NCBI GenBank assembly: GCA_964016885.1
Contig: OZ024743.1
Location: 161,758,001-161,822,000 of the forward strand
DNA from: Eledone cirrhosa
Taxonomy: Eukaryota
Length of the DNA stretch: 64,000 nucleotides
Direction of reading: 5' to 3'
Numbering within the stretch: the first letter of the stretch is position 1; each line of letters begins with the position of its first letter. The translations under genes were made by a program, and so were the position numbers. The notes under the pieces were generated by a model. It was not told the DNA's origin. It made no database searches and saw only the letters and a list, made by a program, of their open reading frames with translations. This document shows positions 53,560 to 64,000 of the stretch, piece after piece.

Positions 53560-56500
53560 TGATTTCTTTATTTGTCATGCAGGGCTCACATTAAGAAAAC
53601 ATTAAGGACGGCACAGGATGGTAAAGAATAGAAAAGTTTTAACAAAAACAAGGAAAATATGTAAAAAAATTCAAACAAAGATAAATTCCCCAATAGGAGG
53701 GACTTCCAAGAGTTACACAAGAAGGAAGCCCACAAAATGCCATGGCTGCTCTGACTGCTAGGACAAGTACCCAGTTTTCCTCCTCCAATCTACAGGCACA
53801 TACACTCAAGCCATGCTTGCCTCTCTCACCCACCTTTTAACAAACTGTTGGGAAGGCAGAACTTCCCTCTCCACCCTGATTTTCCTCTTCAAGTGAAACC
53901 TGAAAAAGTGAATCAGGGATTCACGAAAGAGGAGAGTGCTTATCTTCAACCCTTTCAGATGTTCCTGGCTAAAGGAAGGCAGTGGGACAATCTTAACGAT
54001 GGACTCAGTCTTACACATGACAGGAGGTGTTTGACATAAACCCACAAATCAGCAATGCTCAGGCACTTGACAAGTGCATGCAGAATGGCATCTCAGAAAT
54101 GCCCATCTGATGGTACTTTCATGCCTGTAGAGTTTATCTTGAACTGGCAATGCTTCCCGGTAGCCCTGCCAGGCCAGGGATTTCTGATAGTTATCCATGG
54201 GCCCTGAACTGAAAGTTCTTTGGAAAAGATTGGCTAGTTGATTATCATTGACACCCAGAGTCTTCCCAAAAACGTTGTTACTTTTACCATCCACTAATCC
54301 TCTATAGAGGTAGAGTCTCCACCGATCGTACTGCCTGATTGGCAAAGGGCTTTGAGAGCTTGACGACATTCAGTTTCCAAGTGCTCCTAAGTTTTCACTT
54401 GACCTAGAGCTGCAGTTCTGTTAAGGAGACAAGCTGGGGGAAAATGTGTCTAGCAAATGGTGACTACACCTGTTCGCTGTCAAGGAAAAATTGGAAATGT
54501 AGCCTCAGCATATGTTTGCGCATCATCAGCCACAGCATGCCCAGTCCCCCACACAATGGATGTAGACAGCAAATGGGCCACCTGGCCAGTGAAACCTGTC
54601 ACTTCCACAAAAAGCGAGAGAGTATGTGCTCCAGTGCATTTAGACATGGACCAGTACAAGGCATAATGTTCAGGCAGTAGTAGATGAGGCACAATGTATA
54701 TGTTTGACACCTCTGCCTGACCTTTCAGAGATAGCTTCCTTTCTGGGTGAAAGAGCCCACCCTGCTCATTACCTCATCCCAGTTTTTGTCCATCTAGAGG
54801 TCTGGTTTTTGTCCATTTAGCAGTTTAACTGGTCTGTCTGTTCAGCATCTAATGACACTGTCGGATGGCATAAACCTGACCCTCTAGGTGCCAAGCTGCA
54901 GGCCTACTAACATTTCCTGGTTATTTTTTTGCTCCTGTTACCAAATTGTACTCCTTGAGAGCAGTGCCAATCATTTCAATGTGTTTGGTGTTCAACACCA
55001 CTACAGTAATGCTGTCACACATCTCTGACATCCTAGTTTACACGGGATGCTCCTCAATATCTCCAGTTTGTATCATAATGGCTCTAGAGTTAATACATAC
55101 AAAAGAGACAAGAGGGGCACACTTGGTGTACTGAGTGCATGATGTTGAATGGATCTGAAGGGGTGATCTTTCACTCCAGCCACAGAGCAGATGGCATTGT
55201 GCATTGCAGCAATCCAGCCTCTGAAAATGGGCCGAAAGCCCTTGAGGACTGTTGCCAGGTAGCAATGTTCAACCCTATTGAAAGCTTTCGATTGATCTAA
55301 GTTGATCAGGACTCCACACATGTCAGATTCCTTAGCCACCCTCTCTATGATGTATTGCATGAGGTGGAGATGTTTTGGATGGCATATGTTTGGACCTCTC
55401 CTACCAGACCACCAATGACAAGTGCCAACCTTGTCACTAACACCATGTCCAAAATTTTAATCTCTGCACTTAGTAGAGTTATGGGCCTACAATTATCAAT
55501 ATGGGCCCCTTGTTTGGGTTTTTTCTCAGCAGCATCACAGCTCCATGGCTCACAGAATTGGGAAATCTCCCATTATGCTGCCAGTTGCAGAAGATGTCTG
55601 CAAAGAGGTCACCGAACAAGTCTGGCATGTAAACATAAAGCTCATAAGGCAGACCATCCAAACCAGGCAATTTTCCCCGTGTTTATCCAGTCATCGCCTC
55701 TCATATCTCAGCAGCTGTTATCGGCCTTTCACAACACTCTGTGGCAGGCCATCAAGGTAGGCACTAAAGTCCATTTTGCAATCCAGCCCACCACCATTCC
55801 CGAATATTTAGAAAAGTGCTACTGAAAAGCTGCACACATCCACTTGGGATAGAGTAACATGCAGCTAACGTGGTCCACCAAAAACCGGATTGTGGCTTTG
55901 TTGTCATGCCATGCATTCACCACTTGGGTCCATCAAACAGCTTTCATCCCCGTATGTCTAAGTGTACGAGCTCTAGCTCTGACAATGCAGCCTTCATGCA
56001 TTGCATTGAAGAATTGGTCAAGAGCCAATCTTGCTGCAAGCACATCAGTTGCATTGCCTTTCATAAAAGCTATCTTTCTAGCTAGCTCACCCTCTAGTCT
56101 AGTTTTCTCTATCACTACTCCTTTACTAAACCTTATCAATTCTACTCAAGGCAAACCACCATTTGTTGTTTACGATTGCTCTCATTAACACCTGCTTAAT
56201 TAATTCCCTAATCCAGTCTCTGTAGGCTTTGCATTCCGGAAAGATACATTCAACTTCCAGTAACCGGGTCCCTGCCTATGAAGCCTATCTAAGTCGACTA
56301 CACAGATCACAAAGTTGTGGTCTGTTAGTCAACTACTTTGAATTGTGGACAACTTATACTAACGTTATCTACTTCCCTACAAAATACCCTATATAAATAT
56401 GATCTGTATGACCCGATGCTATTTGCTCATATCCACATTGGCACATTTGGGAAATCCAGTCTGTACCTGCAAGACAATTGGAAATTTCAGAGCAGGTTTG

Positions 56501-57985
56501 CTAGGAGCTACTATCTGCTAGCTCCTCACATTCCCAGTGTGCATCTAAGATACTGTTCCAGTTGCCCGCTAACAATAAAGAGAAGGATCTTCTAGAAATA
56601 TTTTGAGGTGCCTGAAGAAATCAGGCCATCCTGCCACCTTCAAAGCATAGACAGCTACTAGTCTGAAAGCATTCCCTTTGTGTTTTTTGCTGGGCTTATG
56701 TTTGTTGTTGCAGATGAGGGTTTGCTTGTGTTTGGGATGTTGTTATGGTGTTGATGCAGGTTGTGGAGATGGCATTAGTGGTGGGGTGGCTCTGTCTGTC
56801 TGTCTGTGTGTGTGCACGCGTGTGCGTACGTGTGCATTATTTGGATCATTACTTCAACTTTTTTATTTCTTTATGTTTCGCCCTCTTGTTTTGAGGTTGA
56901 AGATGGGGAGTTTTTTTCTGTTTGTCTTTTTCTTGTGCCCAATGGCTTGTCACTCTTTACCTTCCTCACAATCCATGTCAAACTGTGTGCTGTTGGGTAG
57001 GAGTATGTCTTCCATGGATGTTGATTGCGTTGGTGATGGTGCTTTTGTTGTTGTAGATACTGCTTTTTGTTGGCTTTACAGCTGCTTGTGTAATAGTTGT
57101 TGTTGCTTCTGTTGAGGCAATGGTGTTGGCTTCTTGTCTCCTATTTTCTATGTGCAGAGGGCTCTTAGGTGGCCTGTAGACTCACACAGATGACACGTAG
57201 GCTTTTTTCCTTCTGTAATTATCCAGAGATCTACCCTGTTGGGCAGCTGTATTTGGTCCAGGATTTTGTCTATTTGATCTAGCATCACCTGGAGGAGAAT
57301 CTCCAGGTCCAAAACCAATTTTGTCTTTCACTCTTTTTGACCTCAAGGAGTGTCCGAGTCTCCAAAGACAATACAAGCCAAGATCCACCAGATGTTTAGG
57401 CCCAGCAGAACACTTGGTATTCTCAGCCCAACATTTCTCCTTTAGATATGTCCAATGGAGGACCACTGAATCTTTTCATGCAAGGTCCTCACTTTTGAAG
57501 AAGACCTCGACGATGGCAAACTGTCTTCCTCATTGAATATGTGCCACACCTGGCATTACCTCTTTTAGAAGAACTGTGGCAGGTTCAGCTCGCCGGCCCT
57601 GCAGCAACACAATTGTTGCTGCTATGTCATTGCTGTAGCAATTGTTATTGTTGTCATTATTGCTGTTGATGACAATGGTGGCCTTGTTGGTAATGCCTGT
57701 AGTGGTGGTGGTAACAGTGGTGACGTTGCTGTTCTTGTTTTTCTTATGCACATTGAGAGAAGAAACTTTGGTGTCTGTCGTCTTATTTTTAAATTCCAGG
57801 GAGAAGCCACAAAAGAAATGCAGCTTTAGCTCTCTTTGGGCCAAAGATAAGGGGGAAAACAATCAGAAGTTAGTCCCCTTAGACATAGAAATATTTAAAA
57901 AATTAAACAAAATAGGCTTTTATAACAAGTGAAAAACAACAAACTTACAGGCGCCGATATGTAAATGTCCAACATAAACAAGAGC
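53560..57985 (-). mobile_element. Near full-length decayed Tx1/L1-clade LINE
   Basis: ORF1 CCHC knuckle CHLCESTGHLRALC (about 57150-57200); ORF2 PGLDGLPYELY, LDQSKAFNRVEH, LLYVLTLEPL, AWQGYREALPVQDKL; (ATT)n at the 3' end. Confidence 0.8.
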
Positions 57986-57998
57986 AATAATAATAATA

Positions 57999-59060
57999 AA
58001 GGTTTTTGATTTAGACACAAGGCCAACAATTTCGGGGGAAAGGGAAAGTCGATTAAATCAACCCCAGTGCATGACTGGTATTTTATTTTATCAACCCCGT
58101 AAGAATAAAAGGCAAAAGTAACCTCGATGGGATTTGAAATCAGAAAGTAGTTCAAATCCCGCAATAATAATAATAATGCTTTCTTATTTAGACACAAGAC
58201 CAGCACTTAAGCAGGGAGGGAATTAAAATTACTGCAGTACTTGACTGGTACTTTGTTTTATTGACCCCAGAAAGATGAAAAGCAAAATTGACCATGGCGG
58301 TATTTTAAAACACCATCACCACTGCAACTACTATGTTGAAGCTCTTGTTGTTTATATCATTAATCTGATATGTAATGATCATAATTAAATATAAGGTGGT
58401 GGTAAATGGCAGAAATACTAGAGCACTGAAGAAAGTGCCTTGTTCTGCCTTTCATCTCTGTGGAGGTGAATAAAAATGAGTACAAGTTTATATTGGCAGA
58501 GTCATTATGGCACTGAATAAATGTTTTGTGATATTTGTTCTGTTCTGAGTTCAAACTCTATCAAGGTTAATTTTGCCTTTCATTTTTTTCGGAGGTCAAT
58601 AAAATAATGCACCAGTCAAGTATTGTAGTTAACATAATCAACTTTCCTCTCACTCAAATTGTTGACCTTTTGCCTACCTAGATGAAAAATTACTTATACT
58701 ATCAACCGAGCAACCAGAGCTCAGCTGTCAGTTTAGTTTTTCTTTGTTTTTTTTTTTTTAGGTGGATTGGAATTTTTCCTTCCTTTGTCTGTCTTTTGAT
58801 AGAGAGGATGTCTTCTGTACAGACTTGATTTATTTCTAACAAGAGAATTTAATGTAGATTTTAATATTTTTTAAGTGATGGGTTTTCCCCATACTATGTA
58901 TTGGTTTTAAACCAACCCCAGTACTTGACTGGTACTTTATTTTATTGACCCAAGAAAAATGAAAGGCAAAATTGACCTTGGTGGGATTTGAACTCAGACT
59001 GTAAAGAATCAGCACAATGGGATTTTATTCGATGCTCTCACAATTCTGTCAATCCAATAC
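57999..59060. mobile_element. Cluster of four decayed SINE copies in mixed orientation
   Basis: Repeated central domain ...TTTCATCC..GATAAAATAAAGTACCAG on both strands. Confidence 0.7.
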
Positions 59061-61379
59061 AATATTGCCCTTACATAAATCCTTATGTGATATTTCAGTA
59101 GATAATTCTATTATAGTCTTTTCTTAAGAACCTTGTAAAGTTTCAAACAGCAGCTGAATATGCTAATAAATATAACATGTTCAAATGTGTAGTATTGCCC
59201 TCAACCAGACAGAAGAGAAGTGGGTCTGTAGTTTGCACTTAATCATGTTATTGACTACTTGTGAACTTTATTTAGATCTAAACAACAAAAAACAAATTCT
59301 GGATGACTTTGAAAATTAATAAAAATACTAAAGAAATCAATTCTTGTTAGAATAGGGTCATATAAAAACCACAATAAAATATACTACTTAGCTTGCTTTC
59401 TTCCCCAAATCAACATCAACGATGATACATTCAAAGCAAAGAATTTTTATAAAAACAAAGAATTAAACACAATTTCAATAAATTATCATATTTTAATGTC
59501 ATCATCTGATATTTCCAAATATTGTTGTTGTTGCTATGTTTTAAATTCTTTTAATGTCATTTTTCACAGTTGTTTGTTAAATGTCTTGCTTTCGGTTGGT
59601 TGTCTAATAATAAAGGAAAACAGAACTAACTCAAGGCTTGATAATCATCTATAACAACAAAGAAGTAAGAGAGAGTCAGAATACATCAACAGAGTATCGT
59701 AAAAATTCCATTTGATATAACTACCACTTAAAGGTTACATTATTGCCATTTTATTGTAATATTTTCAAAATCGTGTAAGGAAATTTGAAAAAAAATGAAC
59801 ACTTCAAGCTAGCACTACGCAGTATGCATTGCTAATATGTCAGTGAAATATTTTGAATTGTTAAGTTGTAGGTAATAAGCCTAACAGCTATTACATGCAC
59901 ATGCATCATTTGAGATAGTTCTTCCATTAAATATAACTGCTAATCACACAACAGCTATCAAACACATACCAACCTCATATCATCTGAGATAGTTCTTTTA
60001 ACACACAGATACATACACACATGCATGCACATATTGGAGATCATATCCAAAAACAGGCAATTCACTTCAGAAATAAACCTTTACACACAAACACATTACA
60101 ATCAGAAGGACACTGCTGAGCAATCTTCTCAGTTGTTGTGAAGCCCAAACCAGGAAGAACAGACCTACCTGGAAATGTTTCTTGCGATGGGGAAACATCT
60201 TGCAGAGGTGGAGTTCTATCTCTCATCTGCATTACACTCTGAAACTGGAGCTTGATATTTGCTCTCAGACACTTCCTCTGAGATAAAGACATGTTATCCT
60301 TACATGTCTTTTCTCCCACAATTGCCTCTGTTCTTCTTACACAACTAACTTTTCTATTGTTAACTCTATTGTGTTTCATTCCATACATCTCAAAACAGCA
60401 ATAATGTCCATTCCTTACTTTTCAGAATTGTATCCCTCAAAAATTCCTTTCTTGACTATGTTTTCTCCCACAATTGTTTATCACCCCCAAGTAAAGTCTT
60501 CCTACACAGAGAAGAAGACCTGCAAAAACTAGGTAACAAGGATTTGGAGAGGGGGCCTTACAATCCTGTGAATCTTTCAATAGCAAATAGATATCACTCA
60601 TAAATTAGACTCCTAGGCAAACATATTTGATCCCAAACAATAAACAAAATTTCTAGTACCATATCAACACATATACCACACAACCACAAAAATATATATA
60701 TCATTCTAATACAATACTAACACACAAACACAAATAGATATGCTACATTAACAAACTTCCTCTAAACACATCTGTCATACAGTATAGACACTATATAACC
60801 ACAAATATAGACAGTTTTATACACAATGCTCACATAATATAGCGCTGTCACTGGTGCCAAGCTTATTGGCCATTGCCTTTCCCTTGGACAACATTGGTGA
60901 CATGGAGAGGGAAGGCTTGTGCCTCAGAAGAGGACTTTCTAAGTGCAAAACCACAGACTAGAGGGGCCTACTTACATAATACTATTTACCATTCCAGTTC
61001 TAATACATGTCACACATGACAATCTCTCTGGACATCACTGAAAGCAAAGGAACTTATATCCATCTCAGAATTGGTTGTTGTTAAGTCCCAGTTGGCCTGA
61101 TTGAGTAGGCATGATCAAAAACATTTCAGCTGTGTCTATCCCATTTTTTTTCTAGTTAAGCATACCTCACACTACATTATCCAATGAATCCTTTATATAT
61201 TCCCATTACCAACTCACCCAAGATCATACCTGTTTAATGTTACCAACCCATCCAAGACCATCTTTGGTGGATCCTTAGCAAGATCACTTTTGATTTCACA
61301 TTACTAGACTACCCAAAATAAACCATGTTGAAGTGCTCATATATATATGAAAACCTTAACTCTCAAATCTCATTATTAA

Positions 61380-61947
61380 GCTGAGTTCAAATCCCGTCGA
61401 GGTTAACTTTACCTTTCATCCTTACGGGGTCGATAAAATAAAGTACCAGTAATGCACTGGGGTAATTGCTGGCCATGCGTCAAAAGTAGTAACAACATAA
61501 GGTTTTGGTATTTTTATGTTAGAACAATAGGCTGTATTCTAAACACAGGATTAATCCTTCCAATACTAACCTACCCAAAACTGTCTCTGTTGCTTTTGAA
61601 TAAAACCACCCATTTTAAATGGTTCTTATTTAACTTGTAATCTTCCCAAGGTTAATTTTTGCTTTTCATCCTTCTAAGGTAGATAAAATAAAGTACCAGT
61701 AATGCACTGGGATAATTGCTGGCCTTGTGCCAAAAGTAGAAACAATTATTTTATATAAGGCAGTGGATTGGCAAAAATCGGTAGAGCATCAGACATGCTT
61801 TGCAGCATAGAGTTATGGCCCTTTGCGTTCTGAGTTCAAATCCCACCAAGGTTAATTTGGCCTTTCATCCTTATGGGGTGATAAAATAAAGTACCAGTAA
61901 TGCACTGCAGTAATTGCTGGCCTTGTGCCAAAAGTAAAAACAATTAT
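61380..61947 (+). mobile_element. Three SINE copies (two truncated, one full)
   Basis: Main-family sequence at about 61380, 61645 and 61758. Confidence 0.8.
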
Positions 61948-63499
61948 TTTATATAAGAATGTTTTGTTCAGTTAAAAATCCTACCTTAATAATCCAAATA
62001 ACTTTAGTAAATCCCTCTAAATTTTTCAGTAATTAATTCAAATACAGTTTGTTTTATTAGAAGTATGGTAATGAAAAGGTTAATATAATAATTGTTTCTT
62101 CTTTTGGCACAAGGTAATATAATAATATAAGCAATAAATATAGAATTAACTATTTTATTGGATGCATTGAAATTTCTTATATTTTTTTAGTTGATGTGGT
62201 TAACTCTTCTCATTTGCAGTGCTGTTTTTGTTGAACACCAGGTCATACCTTGTCAAATAGACCTATGATCAAAGACCTTCCAAATATGAGCATCCTATAT
62301 TTTAATTAAAAAATACTGTATCTAGGATATATTGTTCAATGAATGTATCCTTTTCTACTTTTAATATGTGATATGGTGGTAATTTGGCTGCTATTTCTGG
62401 TAGGCCAATTGACAACATAGATGATTCTTTGCTGGTTTGCAATGTTTCTTCATATTCTAGTAACTGAAAAAATAATTTTATAGTGAGGCTTAAATGAATT
62501 TGGGAAGGCTTTGGAAAGAAATTGACAGCCATAATAGCCAAGGATGTGGTACAAGTGAAACCAGAGATCTTGTATTTAGCAAATACTAGTGCTAATGACA
62601 ATACAATAATAATAGAATAATTCATATTATAAATGTCAATGTAATCTCACCCCCACCTCAAAAAAACACACAAGCTTTAAGGGCTGGTACTTAGATCTAG
62701 TAAAGGTACATGAGAATAGCTGGTGAACTGGCAGAGTTGTTAGAAAGTCAGATAGAATGCAATGCTGTGCTTTTGGAGTTCAAATCCCAATGAGTTCAAC
62801 ATGGCCTTTCATCCTTTTAAGGTCAATAAAAAATATACCAGTCTCTCTCTCTGGAAGTAATTGGCTATATTCAAGCCTGGAGTGGGAATGGGGTGTACCA
62901 GGTTTAAAGTGCCCATGATGGTACCCCTACAATTACATCAGGAATTACGGGTCCATATATATACATAGTACCAAAATATGGAAAAATTGCAAATGAAAGG
63001 TGTCAACTATCATAAGCAACCAATAATTCAATTTAAAAGATGCAATTATAAAATACTTTCTGAAAACAACAATTAACCTCTTTTTAGCTGCTTCTTTCAC
63101 AACACTCACTATCACCAACACCACCATAACTATTATCAACACCACCACCACTATAGTTAAAACTATCACCATGACTACCATCACTATTACCACTAACAGC
63201 TCTTCAGCCACAATGAGCAAGTTGGTGTTGTAGCAAGGGAGGGGGTGCCATAGTATATAAATGTGTTAAGTAGGTGTTAATTGAAAAGGAAATTAAAATC
63301 TATTTCCAATATTAATAAAGCCTTTTTACAGCTTTCATTCCTCCCCACCCACCCTGAAAATATAAAAAAATAGAATAAAATAAATAAACTAAAAAAAATA
63401 AGTTAAGAATTATAAAAAACTCCAAATACAAATTCGAGAGATCAGCGACAATTCACAAAACTCAGAGTAGCAATAGAGAGTAATCTCAGTATTAAAATA

Positions 63500-63682
63500 A
63501 ATAATTGTTTCTACTTTTGGCACAAAGCCAGCAATTACCCCAGTGCATTACTGGTACTTTATTTCATTAGCCCCATAAGGATGAAAGGCAAAGTTAATCT
63601 CGGCAGGATTTGAACTCAGACTGTAAAGGGCTGTAACTATGCTGCAATGCATGGCATCTGGCCCTCTACCGATATTGCCAAT
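63500..63682 (-). mobile_element. tRNA-derived SINE
   Basis: Reverse complement of the main family. Confidence 0.85.
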
Positions 63683-64000
63683 TCTTTACTTTAGCATTCT
63701 TTCCTAGTGTTTGTAAACCCAAATGTATGTATATATTATATATATTTACCCCCCACTGCCTAATATGTTCTCTGTCCTTTCTTGACTCTTCATCTGCCTC
63801 TTCTTGATTTGTTTCTTACTTTCCTATCTAAATAATTTTCACTCACTCTCTCATATTCACTGTACCTCAACTGTACTTCAATGCACATATCAGTGAAGAC
63901 CACTTGGAATCTCTCAGACTCCCACTGCCCTCTGATGCTCTCCCATCCAGCCACTCATATTCACTGAGTTATACTGCCCACATAACGAGGAGTACCTTAG

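Noticed and set aside
62945-63220. Hydrophobic Val-rich ORF resembling a membrane protein
   Set aside because: Translation of a decayed (CAC/CAT/CAA)n trinucleotide tract.

Overview
AT-rich, repeat-saturated animal genomic DNA. The SINE and RTE families and the huge (TA/CA)n tracts look like octopus or another coleoid cephalopod (inference from pattern recognition, not a search). I found no convincing host protein-coding exon, and the long Y/I/C/V/M/H/T ORFs are microsatellite artefacts. Main content: (i) kilobase-scale compound TA/CA microsatellites at about 10.4-27 kb with one strand polarity; (ii) four same-orientation copies of a ~600-bp non-autonomous RTE-like element sitting in these arrays; (iii) three copies of a ~220-bp Penelope-type repeat with a minimal type I hammerhead ribozyme, plus two weaker hammerhead-like motifs; (iv) an internally deleted RTE LINE (APE joined in frame to RT, with a PHD-type finger), a decayed near full-length Tx1/L1-clade LINE, and CRE-like, Vingi/Ingi-like and CR1-like fragments; (v) non-autonomous Helitrons, including a head-to-tail chain; (vi) hAT, Mutator-like and Tc1-like MITEs with readable TSDs; (vii) about 20 tRNA-derived SINE copies; (viii) several long unexplained palindromes. 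Coordinates of decayed elements are approximate.
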